DNA of 35,757 bases from a virus (Duplodnaviria; Caudoviricetes): positions 1-35,757 of the IMG/VR virus record IMGVR_UViG_3300037631_003745. One strand, given 5' to 3'. Positions within the stretch are counted from its first letter, which is position 1; the number at the start of each line of letters is the position of its first letter. Shown in pieces: positions 26,601 through 34,984 of this stretch. Below the pieces are notes generated by a model, which was not told where the DNA came from, did no database searches, and saw only the letters and a list, made by a program, of their open reading frames with translations. The position numbers and the translations under genes were made by a program.

Positions 26601-29600
26601 ACTGCTCTCGCATAGTCTTCTATGGTAATTTGTCCATTTGCTAATCGCACTGCCGCGACAGATAAAATAGGGCTGCGGTTATTTTGGTTAGCACGTTCTG
26701 CGGCATTAACCTCTTCATCTGTTTGTGGTTCATAAGTTTCTCTAAGGCTGGCTTCAGCATTAGTCTCAGGAGCGGACATCACCGAAGTGCGGAGGGTCAT
26801 CACGCGCCCTGCTTCCTGAATCCTGTTCGATGCTTCATGAACCGCTGACGCAGCCTGCTGCTTGAAAGGAACAGCCGAAGAGCGCATGGTCGACTTGCTG
26901 AGGTCGACAACATCCTTCAGGGCTGAGGCGTACAGAGCATTCTCTTTCGGGCTGATCTTACGGAACATCGCAACCATCGCATCCAGAATACGGGCGAAGA
27001 AGCCGCGCTGGCCTACAGGAGTGTCAAGAGTCTTGATGAACTTCTGGAAGTCAGGGTCGAGCAAGAAGTTAGCGACGAACTCGTCCATGTTTTCGAGACC
27101 TGCTTCTAGCACGGCATTGGTGTCGGCGGAATTGCTGTCAGCTACACGTCGATACTCACGCTGAGCGATCTGATACAATCCTTCCAATCGACGACGAGCA
27201 GTCTGCTGACGTGAGTTTAGAAGCTCATCAGGCTTGGCGAGCGTGTCGGACATGAAAGCGTGAACGTATTCCTCCAACAGCACGTTTTCCAAATCGATGC
27301 CGTTGGACTTCTGCATGTTCAGGAACACGCTGTGCTTGCCGTCGGTGTGGCGGACGTATTCACCAGCAATGTCGGCGTTACTCTGTCCCATCGAGAAACC
27401 GACCTTCTGGATGAAGATCTTATCCTCAAGTAGGAGTTCGGCGACCAGTCGATGAGACTTGTTCTTGCTGCGCTTACTGATCTGTTCAAGCGCGGCGATC
27501 ACGGAACTAGGATCGCCAGACTTAAGTCCCAGTCGCTCAGCTTCGATAGTGTTTTGTTCCAGCGCGTCTGCGTCGGAAATCTTACCAATCACCGCACGAG
27601 ATAGGCGACGGCGCATCGCACCATCCATTGATCGAACGAAATTGCGGGCGCGCGCTTCGGTAACGGGTTGGCCCAGTGATTCACTAAGTTGGTGGCGGAC
27701 TTCAGAGATAACGTCGGGGTTAGCAGAGGCGTCGCCGTCAATGCGACCGAACATCGAAGTCAGGCGGAGCGCGTTGCGTAGTTCGATTCCAGAGCGGAAG
27801 CCGCCACTTTCGAGCAGCGCAGTGAACTCCAACGCAGCGGGTCGAGTAGCATGGTCACCTGCGGACATCCATGTACCGATGCGGGCCATGAGGTCACGGG
27901 TATTCATGCGCTGTACATGGCTCACGGTTCCTGAATCAGGGTTCGTGTAGATGGACTGGAGTGCAAGGTCGTTGAGCGCGTCACGCAGCATCGGGTCGGT
28001 ATCGACACTGTCGATAGCGGTATCTATAACATTGGTCACCGTGTTAAGGAATGCCCCCTCGTCAATCTGTTCAGCGGGGTCGATGCCGCCAACGTCGAGA
28101 GTACCATCACGAAGTTGCTGGGTGTCGATGACATTAGTACCCACCTCTTCGGTGTCGATCGAAACGAGTGCTTTGTTTCGCTCGTTGACGCCGCGCTCGC
28201 GCTGCTGCTGAGCGTAGCGATTGAAGGTCCGCTCAAAGATCGAGTCGAAGGTCGGCATCACGCCGCCGTCAAAGTCGGGATTGTTGAGGACGAAGTCTTC
28301 GATGAACTGGACGACGACTTCGGTATGAGTTGGCTTCGCTGATTCCTTGAGACGGAGCATAGGCGACAGTATTTCGGCCATTTCGCTCAACTCAGGGTCA
28401 CCACTTAGGCGGCTACGCAATTCGGCGATCGCTCTCTTTCGGCTAGACGGGTTGATCGTCTTGCCTTTAGGAGAATCAACCAACGTGCGTCGGCGACGAG
28501 AGTCCATGAAATACTTGTGCAGCTCGTACAAGTGAGACGTCAGAGCAAATTCAGTTGCCGTCGACTGCACAGTATAGTCAGCGAACTCTGAATCCATTTT
28601 GAAGTTCTTGCTGCTAAACAGTTGCCCGATTTTATCGGACATATTGCGTTCTGCACCAAGCTCTGAATGTGCCATCAACAACTCATTCAGTTCGTTTTCA
28701 ACAGGGGGGAGGCCCCTGAACTGAACTTTTGCGATGTTTTCAAACTGGTTGTTGTTCGGTCTCAGGTCGGTAGGTGCATCGACACGAGTGATGGCAGACT
28801 CTAGCATCGAACCATCTTTGGACGGCATGCGAACGTCAGTCACATACCCCCGCTTAATATAGGGTTTGATGGCGGGGTTGATGTTTTTCGTGCCGTTCGG
28901 AGCCCGCACTGGAATGTTGTGTGCCAGCATTTCGGCTACGACCACAGGATCGTTCGTGAAGATCCCGCGACCGTCTGCGTCTAGTGGCATTTTGATGCGG
29001 CCAGTGACGGTCTTGTTTTGAGCTGGATCAAAGTAAGTGCGTTGTCTGGTAGAAGCGCGGGTTTCTGAGATCTGAGAAGCATCAGCTTCGATAGTGGGGT
29101 AATACGTGTAAACCGCATTAGCCACGAAGTCCGACTTACTCTTCATGCGCTTGTTATCCACGATCGTGCCGTACTTGATACCAGAGCCGAATCGAACGGG
29201 GTAACCCTGTTGAGCGAGTTGAACTGCGCTCAGTGCTTCAGCCAACTCTTCTTCTTGAGCCGTGTCGCCTTCTTTGAAAGGTTTCAGGTCAAGCTCAACT
29301 TTCTTACCCACAGCAAAAGATTTGCGGCGTTCTGAATCTTTCGGAAACACATATCCGATTCGTTTAGGAGCAGGATCGAGATCCTCCTCTTGATCAGGCA
29401 AGAAGAAATCCACATGCTTGGCGTTGTTAAGTGCAGCTTGCTGCGGGTCAGCACCAGCAGCTTCCGCCGCGCCAGTGACATTGGGCGGGAAAAGACTGTT
29501 AAAGGGAGCCGTGCGACCTGTTTTCGATGTCGAAAGGATAGACATCGCAATTCGACGATCGAACAATCTAGGACCCTCCATGTCGTCGATAGCCAGCAAA

Positions 29601-32600
29601 ACCCGTGCGCGCGCGTCTTCGGCAGGCAGGGCTTCGAGACGTTCGATAATCTGCTTAGGAGTTGCAGTTTCTTCAGTGTTTAGATCAAGCTCAAGCTGTT
29701 CTTGTGTTGGGGCAGGAGGAGCAGGCTGCTCAACGGGGGCGCGTTTAGGAATTTCGGCGGGTATGTCCGTCGTGTTGTTTTCCTGCATGAAAGCAATTTC
29801 ATCTTCCAGTCGTTGGATCTGTCGTTGTTGTCTGCGGCTACGCTTCTTGTTCTTCCGACCACTAGCTGGTTCGATCATCAAAGTCGCAACCTGCAACATA
29901 CGCTCAGCGACGGCGTCCTCGACTTCTTTGGTGGGTAGGGAAGGTGCTTCTCTATCTGCTATCTCTTTCCTCAGCTCAAGCAGTTGTGATTCTTCGCTGG
30001 TCGGGATACGGATATCTTGCGAAACCATAGTGTCGGGATTACTGGAATCACCGACCAGTCGGGTGCGGGGGCCAAGCTCTCGTTCAATAGCGACAAGACG
30101 AGCATCGACCGCCGCGAGAGTAGGTCTTGGTTGTCCAGTAGGAGTTGCTGGGGCCCCGTCAGCAGTTGGCTCTACGTCGAGCCCCAACTCAAGCTGCTCT
30201 TCATCCTGATCAGGTGCGGCATCGGGTTTTTGAGGAGTGGCTGCTGCCTTACCACGTTTCCGCGCTTTTGATGTCAACAGAGCTGCAACCGCCTGTGCGG
30301 TCATAGGGCTATCTGTAGTTGCGAGTCGCGCAGTGACGTCAGTAACAAATTGGTCTTGCAGTTGGCGGGCTTGGGCGGCTTTCTCGTATGTGTCAGGCGC
30401 AATGCTACCTGCGATCTTGCGGATGCCAGTAGCTCCAGCACCCATCGTTCCGCCAAGGGCAGCGGCATACATCGACTGTTGGAAACGCTCCACCATCGGG
30501 GTGTTCTGATGCAGTGCGGCATCTTCGATAAAGCCGTTGAACAGTTGATCAAGGCCCTCTTCGAGGGCTTCGTCTTTTGCGTCGTCTATTATTCCGTAAG
30601 CAGTGGCCAACTTGAAATTTTTCAGAGTTGCTTTCGCCTGAGCGGTAACCACCTCTTTGAAGGTAGCGTTACTGATGCCTGAAGTGTTGGAAAGAGACCC
30701 GATAAGTGCTTTGGCCTGTTTGTAGTTTAGACCTTTGAGAAGAGCGTCTTCAACACCGCCGCGACCAAAGGCACTAAAGGTTGCAGTAATCAAACCAGTC
30801 AACGCGCCCGCACCTAATGCAGCACCTAACGCGCGGTCATGGATTTCTTCCTCCGATAACGAAGGGTCTTGGCTCAGGGTGTTATAGACCGACCCATAAG
30901 TTGCGCCACCAGAACGAGTCGCAGCAGGAACGAAAATAGCAGGTAACGTGGAATGCTTCGCAATTTTTTGGGCCAGTAGTCCGTTGTACGCTTTAATAGC
31001 GGCCATCGATCCTTTACCCGAAGTATCTTTAATAGACTCTTTAATAAGCCCCTGCACAACAAGGCTTTCAGCAGCGTCTTTTGCTCCCTTCTCGCCTACA
31101 TTACGGAAGGCGGAAGTAGTCAACCCTTTCACAATACCTTTGGCGGTGATGCGCGCGCCTTGTTTTCCTGCTTGATACGCCACAGCACCGACACCACCCG
31201 CTTTAGCGGTCACCGCTGCTAGGGCGGCAGTAGCTGCCACGTCTGTCAGCATCGGAGCAATAGTTTCAGCGATATCCTGCCCGAACCCAAAGTCTTCGCC
31301 GAAAAGCTGAGCGACCTGACGGCGGTCAGAATTTCTTTGTGCGCTGGCTACCAGCGTATCTTGGGCCCAGTCGGCTCCCATTGCTGCGGGTACGGCTGCT
31401 ACTAGCTGCGCGCCTGCGTCCCAAAGAGACCAAGCAACCCCTTTCGCCCGTTCACTAAAGGCACTGAAATTTTTCTCATCAGCTAAGAAACCATCAAGAA
31501 TTTCATAGTTCTTTTTACCTTGTCGGCGTCCTTCGATCAGGGCCTCGTGCCAGTCGTCAGCTACGCCAGAACGTCCCAACAGGTTGCTCGTGTCGTCAAA
31601 GGAGTCAGTAAGGTAGGCTTTTCGGTTAGCGCGAAGATTGTCTTTAACAGAATCGCTAATGTCGTCGCGAGCTGCGAGCATCTTATTGAAGGTGTCCTCA
31701 TTCGCCATAGCGGCAGGGTGAACTGAAGGCGCGCCGTAACCGAAGGTGCGAATGTTCTTACCAACTTCGTCATCTCCGTCGTGGAACTCAAACCGCCCGC
31801 TGGCAGTGGCGTCATTTAGAACGACCTGCGTGTAGGCTTTCATGACTTCCTCCTGCGTGAAGTCGCTTTCGCCAGAGGCGTTCAATCGTTTAACGAGGGA
31901 TCGAACGACCTGACGAACATCAGTTTGCTCCGCGCGCTGCTGAGCTTCTCGCTCAATTTTATTCTCCTCAGTTCCAGCAATACCCAACAACCGACCAAAG
32001 ATATCGGTCGCAGTTTGTCCGAACTGATCCATCCCCCAAGACAATTTGTCTCCATCGTCATACTCCATTTTAGCCATTTTCTGAGCATGGCCCGCGACCT
32101 GTGTTTGTAAGAAAGCGTCTTGTTTAACCAGTTCTTCAAGCCCAGTAGCAGCCTCGTGAACTCGCCGAAGTTGGAATCGGGGAAGAGAGAAACCTTCAGG
32201 AGTTTCCAGCTCAGCTTGTGCGCCAAGCGCATCGGACAAAGTAACGCCCCCTGTTTTTGACTGCTTGAGTCCCGTCAGTAGGTCTGTCTCTAATGCGCGG
32301 TCACCTGCGATGACGACACGTTGCCCCTTGTCATTCAGGACAGATGCAAAAGCCAACTCGCCATTCTTCACTGCGAGGCGTCTTAGATCGTCGTCCCCGT
32401 GACGCGACATGACGTCTTCAGCTTCAAGGCGACGCTGTTCCAGAAGATTGGTTTGATCTTCCGAAACCTCCCCCATTATTTTTAACTCGCCCCTAGCAAT
32501 TTGGTCGCGATGATTAGCGTACCTTTGAACTTTGCGGTAGTCGCTGTTCTCGTCCTTGTCGAATTCCACCGACGAAAGGAAAAAGTCAGCGCGCCTATCA

Positions 32601-32896
32601 AAGCCCATTTCTGGTGCAGCGTTCAGCTTTTCAAAACCTTCTAAGTCGCCTTCTTGCAAACGCCCGTCTTTCACGAGAGACCCATACATCCCTTTCAGAA
32701 TGTCTTGCTCGACGGCAGAGTCGTAGGCTTTTGCCTTAATGTGTTCCTCACGGAGATAGTCTGCATACCCCGTGTGAAAAGCAGAGACGTCAGCGTCATC
32801 TGATTGGCTGTCGGCCCAGACGGAATAGGAATCGAATTGAACTGCGGGTTTGGCGGGACCCGTTGCAAGGTCCATCAAGCGGTCGACTTCAGACAT
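20639..32896 (-). CDS. Giant polyvalent virion-type (probably ejected) protein, 4085 aa
   Basis: 12.3-kb ORF: G/A-rich hydrophobic helices in the N-terminal region, two zincin-like motifs (LLEEYVHAF ~27254-27280; HEEIGH 25721-25738), a GNAT-like NGYYSWPAYGF (~24420-24452) and a C-terminal region resembling the ends of large polyvalent proteins (PFIRF...MPEYLR...NPF). Confidence 0.75.
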   Translation of the reverse strand: MSEVDRLMDLATGPAKPAVQFDSYSVWADSQSDDADVSAFHTGYADYLREEHIKAKAYDSAVEQDILKGMYGSLVKDGRLQEGDLEGFEKLNAAPEMGFDRRADFFLSSVEFDKDENSDYRKVQRYANHRDQIARGELKIMGEVSEDQTNLLEQRRLEAEDVMSRHGDDDLRRLAVKNGELAFASVLNDKGQRVVIAGDRALETDLLTGLKQSKTGGVTLSDALGAQAELETPEGFSLPRFQLRRVHEAATGLEELVKQDAFLQTQVAGHAQKMAKMEYDDGDKLSWGMDQFGQTATDIFGRLLGIAGTEENKIEREAQQRAEQTDVRQVVRSLVKRLNASGESDFTQEEVMKAYTQVVLNDATASGRFEFHDGDDEVGKNIRTFGYGAPSVHPAAMANEDTFNKMLAARDDISDSVKDNLRANRKAYLTDSFDDTSNLLGRSGVADDWHEALIEGRRQGKKNYEILDGFLADEKNFSAFSERAKGVAWSLWDAGAQLVAAVPAAMGADWAQDTLVASAQRNSDRRQVAQLFGEDFGFGQDIAETIAPMLTDVAATAALAAVTAKAGGVGAVAYQAGKQGARITAKGIVKGLTTSAFRNVGEKGAKDAAESLVVQGLIKESIKDTSGKGSMAAIKAYNGLLAQKIAKHSTLPAIFVPAATRSGGATYGSVYNTLSQDPSLSEEEIHDRALGAALGAGALTGLITATFSAFGRGGVEDALLKGLNYKQAKALIGSLSNTSGISNATFKEVVTAQAKATLKNFKLATAYGIIDDAKDEALEEGLDQLFNGFIEDAALHQNTPMVERFQQSMYAAALGGTMGAGATGIRKIAGSIAPDTYEKAAQARQLQDQFVTDVTARLATTDSPMTAQAVAALLTSKARKRGKAAATPQKPDAAPDQDEEQLELGLDVEPTADGAPATPTGQPRPTLAAVDARLVAIERELGPRTRLVGDSSNPDTMVSQDIRIPTSEESQLLELRKEIADREAPSLPTKEVEDAVAERMLQVATLMIEPASGRKNKKRSRRQQRQIQRLEDEIAFMQENNTTDIPAEIPKRAPVEQPAPPAPTQEQLELDLNTEETATPKQIIERLEALPAEDARARVLLAIDDMEGPRLFDRRIAMSILSTSKTGRTAPFNSLFPPNVTGAAEAAGADPQQAALNNAKHVDFFLPDQEEDLDPAPKRIGYVFPKDSERRKSFAVGKKVELDLKPFKEGDTAQEEELAEALSAVQLAQQGYPVRFGSGIKYGTIVDNKRMKSKSDFVANAVYTYYPTIEADASQISETRASTRQRTYFDPAQNKTVTGRIKMPLDADGRGIFTNDPVVVAEMLAHNIPVRAPNGTKNINPAIKPYIKRGYVTDVRMPSKDGSMLESAITRVDAPTDLRPNNNQFENIAKVQFRGLPPVENELNELLMAHSELGAERNMSDKIGQLFSSKNFKMDSEFADYTVQSTATEFALTSHLYELHKYFMDSRRRRTLVDSPKGKTINPSSRKRAIAELRSRLSGDPELSEMAEILSPMLRLKESAKPTHTEVVVQFIEDFVLNNPDFDGGVMPTFDSIFERTFNRYAQQQRERGVNERNKALVSIDTEEVGTNVIDTQQLRDGTLDVGGIDPAEQIDEGAFLNTVTNVIDTAIDSVDTDPMLRDALNDLALQSIYTNPDSGTVSHVQRMNTRDLMARIGTWMSAGDHATRPAALEFTALLESGGFRSGIELRNALRLTSMFGRIDGDASANPDVISEVRHQLSESLGQPVTEARARNFVRSMDGAMRRRLSRAVIGKISDADALEQNTIEAERLGLKSGDPSSVIAALEQISKRSKNKSHRLVAELLLEDKIFIQKVGFSMGQSNADIAGEYVRHTDGKHSVFLNMQKSNGIDLENVLLEEYVHAFMSDTLAKPDELLNSRQQTARRRLEGLYQIAQREYRRVADSNSADTNAVLEAGLENMDEFVANFLLDPDFQKFIKTLDTPVGQRGFFARILDAMVAMFRKISPKENALYASALKDVVDLSKSTMRSSAVPFKQQAASAVHEASNRIQEAGRVMTLRTSVMSAPETNAEASLRETYEPQTDEEVNAAERANQNNRSPILSVAAVRLANGQITIEDYARAVDAIDPFVVKGVEKTPSESSIRKYISTAKVDKVGVKVDPETLVEVRIDIPTYTKSVKDGNAVYAVTLHEPVSSTATRVGTPLSYVPMAHLTNVDMRTRAISGKGGAIRIAAGQGKTPLATVAGKLVSTSTIPKDISEYTEVSYNPIRSSEFRDVSNRRVVIGGDEAVSIGSRVYVKNPRYGSEPSGYIDSLTPEADIRYTSIPEAGSTQLISDSQKDLTTEQQQAEFEEVVGFLRERLPYGVQFKHDPNMPAAMGADGDFILINPKILMRGLESFDRLGKRKMVDIMLHEEIGHEASFGALTQAEIDGLVDSLSDEQYAEIASEYYRFNPDQQQQALANLQSEDPAVVAEEKFRLAEEKLRMRLQEITRGYTTEEDAEFWRSKPSLLAILKRYIGGVINKWAANRRLNGASGTMDAALTKVIGEMQAIELGFSRQKLSQTFNPNLPAESVEAYMRALNADPLGDIEDYTNAANQVALFAATAIDSKAFNRIMNYAGLNMELARRTKKRDIDVESMTDEERDAFMEEEQMALEMELAGAPIDLDDLDPELNQFMATDDEIFGVDSDLDSDVVFGEKIKEVFEAVNVGADYALEVKTDQGEVDIILKGDEGQEINSVDLYLQGNGVIKIGEMKSAEEIGRARIGSSFAETLLTTLIVNNQELGIRRITTTAGGSSSDVRTSRAYKEIINRFVAPNVNQEDSPSVKMSGMESLAPRNLSMNGYYSWPAYGFDMVKSPTSNPDTAIFDPMYFKTVESSIRNAVSDVGDNLDLYGSTVKDGEPADDAKGLTLKYVSGLTNEEIVQTLLKEAKAELKELRSLVTRPDGQIDFFYGLHDENIPRATRNRVAYLWQMYGVQTEVEMSLSRYSANLAAFLQRKFSSLIAVKQIPELTAIVDEFETNRRKLKKETDSESLPEAYQDLQDEYNARVINEGLLDFPVFTSIGQNAGNSSSLDGVDFGNVVQLLEMPMYEYQAYKAPKGWLSRLFMGDVGRPVKQLIDQREAFKRASTRLVKQYKEKMDKLIVEAYGDPSNTDWDLIAQAQGYVDGGLLNEDTIQQFDDEHMARLDRINQNDQLTPREKQIMRDSSRAKRDKSIENAEELALKQAQRASDAALTKLGQRSSELAAHIKSMRRDLIQPIQQKMKDAGLTDEISAKIDRTGGIYITRAYRMFNDPTFAERVRTDPQYADLRDRAMKFFEDELYKNMYNSTYSQTYDKLVDQGMDAGLAKAKAEDKATKKAKKAVKKAYDKAGYGHTAGSAALEAFLDKYSERTGVSPQSANGLKVLEDNLKKRKDVPKVIRELLGEYGPQEGTDLIVRTFSTVANVAAQQTFLNNVAEVGKQQGFLVDQATYEAARDQYEDYVPLRRGNSTNPNDPLNNLYGPRDMVEAMQDTLNPSFTVDHNSTSEKAVRGLSVVAQKLTGQAMAMKTLGSVGFFLRNALGNFLFFGPAQGFFRVDKMMGRSLMFNRTSLDEKGQRLTDAQVQEYLTELTGLNIVGDELHAGLLRQLLNGEIDPDSALAKINKAIDEIPVIGKTKKGAATLQKKLADLSAAIDGRYKIAYYENELSMLLEAKRRYPKSDIGRMSEYDLKRMAAEKVLMTAQSLSQAPPLAQSLTKSGFGMVFAPFIRFKMEVPRIVINTYKLAARERKSNNPMVRARGTRRFFAMTGVLGGFSAAVPATLAALSGVGGEEDEALRKSMPEYLRGHTFFYLRDDKGNLRSVNMTYLNPFSLLVDPFLRSLPKLAKGDISDAVGQFTKGMVFDTYLDDQILAGSMMDVLKNRNSTTDDPIWVEGVDGLGASLLKSATYLYENSYQPRLLKDMIDAKNATGGDYEGFSNSPLGQLLDGAYPVKVHEVDLQKQYRRFIYSHLDRMSAVNKQKYELYSKESFDPDKIDSIYQRELDGKRALNQEMLRIARGFEGLGLLAKDQFRMLKSRGVGGNRARLMFHGIMDRPEINKQYAKGLVERGYAARLNEMVKARNKRARYLHIEDPD

Positions 32897-32922
32897 AGCT
32901 GATAATATGTGTATGGTTTAGG

Positions 32923-33888
32923 TTATTCTCCCCATGCATTAACAACAGAGGAAACGGAAATATCTTGTGCAGCTTTTGGTTTAAGGGCTGTCAAGCCCTC
33001 ATTAGTAAGGCGAAGAGCTAGTGAGTACAAGTCTGAATCTTCTTTGTCTTCGATCTCCCCCTTTAATTTAGGTGCGAGTCTGTAGAGAGTTTCGAAAAGC
33101 TCTTGTTTGGACTGTTTGTCGAACTCCAAAGGCTTACCAGCAGTACCCACTTTAGGTGCTTTATCACTGCCTGAGATAGTTATTTCACCAATCTCTTCGT
33201 CATCAACAGTTTTAAGGCCAAGTAGGTTCTTCTCGATATTGCTGTAGACGCCGTACATTTCTTTACGGGCGGACTCTTTTTGTGCGTCCTGCTCTTTTGC
33301 GGACTCCTTCTGCGCTTTGTCTTGTGCGCGCTGGCGATAAGTGCCTGCGACATCCATATATGCCTGCTCCGTTTCGTCTATCCCGCCTGCCTCAGCAAGT
33401 TTTTGGATTGTTTCTACGTCGCCTATCTGCGCTGCCGACGACATCAAGCCGAGTCGACGTTGCTCTTCGCGGGACTCTCGCTGAGACTGACGGTAATCTT
33501 GCTGCATTTGGGAATCGACGCGAGATTGAGCGGATTTCAGGACGGATTCCATTTGTGGGCTGTAAACGGCCAACGGAGCCATCTCCATTGTAATCTCTCC
33601 GATCTGAGCGGCGAGATCTTCAGTGGACATATTCGGGTCGTCGAAAACTTCCAGACGTTTATTCAGCTCAGGGATCATCGCAAGGCTGTCAGCCTCTAGT
33701 CGAGCGCGCCGCTTAGCATTGTCGTAATCCTGCTTCTGCCGCTGAAACGCAAGTTCCTGCGACTGAGATTGCAGCATCATCGATTGCTGCTTAATCATTT
33801 GCTGTTGTAAAGGAGCAATGGCCGACGTCGGAGCGTTAAGGCCAAAGTACTGCCCCTTCAGAGAAGAGATGTCAGCGTAATCAATCAT
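32923..33888 (-). CDS. Putative internal virion (ejection) protein, Gln-rich coiled coil
   Basis: Q-rich helical 321 aa directly upstream of the giant protein. Confidence 0.55.
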   Translation of the reverse strand: MIDYADISSLKGQYFGLNAPTSAIAPLQQQMIKQQSMMLQSQSQELAFQRQKQDYDNAKRRARLEADSLAMIPELNKRLEVFDDPNMSTEDLAAQIGEITMEMAPLAVYSPQMESVLKSAQSRVDSQMQQDYRQSQRESREEQRRLGLMSSAAQIGDVETIQKLAEAGGIDETEQAYMDVAGTYRQRAQDKAQKESAKEQDAQKESARKEMYGVYSNIEKNLLGLKTVDDEEIGEITISGSDKAPKVGTAGKPLEFDKQSKQELFETLYRLAPKLKGEIEDKEDSDLYSLALRLTNEGLTALKPKAAQDISVSSVVNAWGE

Positions 33889-34775
33889 TCATTCAATAAT
33901 GTGTAAGATGGTCCATCATCCTCGTCATCTTCGTCGAGTTGTCTCATGCGGCGATCTAGTAATCGGTTTTGATATTCGATCATCCGCTGATTCAACCCTT
34001 CGATTTGACCGAGCTGGTTTCTCATTCGTGATTGGTCCTGCATCTGAGAAGTAATATCGCCCTGTGTGCGGATGGCGGAACCCTCACCTAGTTTCTGTTC
34101 CGCTGCACCCAAAGCCATCCGCTCTGCGGCTTTTGTGTAACCTTGCTTACGGAGGCGGCGGGCTTCGCGACGCATGTCACCAGATTGAGTGCCAATGCGA
34201 CGCCTCTGTCTAAGTGAGCTACCGCTACCCAACACGTAATTAGGGTCTTGCATGGCGTCATACGCAGCCAACCCGCTACCAGATTGACGGGCGAGCATCA
34301 CGTTACGGGCAGCTTGCTGGGAATCAATACTACTGGTCTGAGGGGTAGGTTGGCTAGTAGGCTGAGAGTCAAGTTGGCTAGTAGGGTCGGAGGCTGCAAT
34401 AGAAGAAGGTGTAGCGGGCGGGTTAAGAGAAAGTGCCGCAGCGGTAATAAAGTCTTTGTTTTGGGTTCTCTGTTCAGGAGTAGCGGCCTCGTATGCTTCA
34501 GAAGCCATCTTACGGAGATCCTCTCTCGTTTCGGCTTTTTCTTTCTCATTGGCGTATTGCCACGAGTTAGCCTCATCATTCACAGAGTTTAATTTTTTGA
34601 CAGCATCCCCTATGGCGTTAATTGGGTTGAACTCCTCATCATCTCCCTCGTTCTGGCCTCCCCCAAAGTACTTATTGGCCCCTCCCTGTAGGGCTTTCTT
34701 TTGCACTGTGGGCAGATTCTGATAGCGACCCACCATCTGGTCGCGCATATTCATTAAGTTGTTTGCTACAGCCAT
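33885..34775 (-). CDS. Putative internal virion (ejection) protein, Q/S/G-rich
   Basis: 296 aa; ATGA overlap with the next gene; first gene of the three-gene unit ending in the giant protein. Confidence 0.55.
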   Translation of the reverse strand: MAVANNLMNMRDQMVGRYQNLPTVQKKALQGGANKYFGGGQNEGDDEEFNPINAIGDAVKKLNSVNDEANSWQYANEKEKAETREDLRKMASEAYEAATPEQRTQNKDFITAAALSLNPPATPSSIAASDPTSQLDSQPTSQPTPQTSSIDSQQAARNVMLARQSGSGLAAYDAMQDPNYVLGSGSSLRQRRRIGTQSGDMRREARRLRKQGYTKAAERMALGAAEQKLGEGSAIRTQGDITSQMQDQSRMRNQLGQIEGLNQRMIEYQNRLLDRRMRQLDEDDEDDGPSYTLLNE

Positions 34776-34781
34776 GCTGGT

Positions 34782-34810
34782 AGATTATCCCTTATCTGAA
34801 AAAATTGCAA
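34782..34810 (-). promoter_or_regulatory. Sigma70-like promoter positioned for a leaderless mRNA
   Basis: TTGCAA-17-TAATCT, then 6 nt to ATG 34775. Confidence 0.6.
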
Positions 34811-34886
34811 GCACTCTAAGATTCCGAATTTTTCTAAGGACTACGTCAAAAATTTACATCTCGTTCAATGGGTAGGAATGGTTAGA

Positions 34887-34954
34887 AAAAACTCTTATGT
34901 GACACTATGTAGTGCCGCATTACAGTAATGCAGCACTATATAGTCTTAAGGAAA
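34887..34954. repeat. Second copy of the 7.4-kb palindrome core (inverted)
   Basis: AAAACTCTTATGTGACACTATGTAGTGCCGCATTAC-A-GTAATGCAGCACTATATAGTCTTAAGGAAA aligns with the reverse complement of ~7427-7492; 41-bp palindrome at 34904-34944. Confidence 0.9.
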
Positions 34955-34984
34955 CTTTTTATTGTAGCCTCGCGATTTCTCGAA

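Noticed and set aside
20639-32896. N4-type virion RNA polymerase
   Set aside because: Only an isolated DADGR is seen; I could not find motif B (R...K......YG), motifs A/C or a DxDGD-type catalytic motif, whereas polyvalent-protein motifs are present.
7527-34886. A 27-kb mobile insertion between terL and portal bounded by the twin palindromes
   Set aside because: The copies are inverted, the block contains core virion genes, no recombinase is present, and a genome end near 9 kb explains the gene order more simply.
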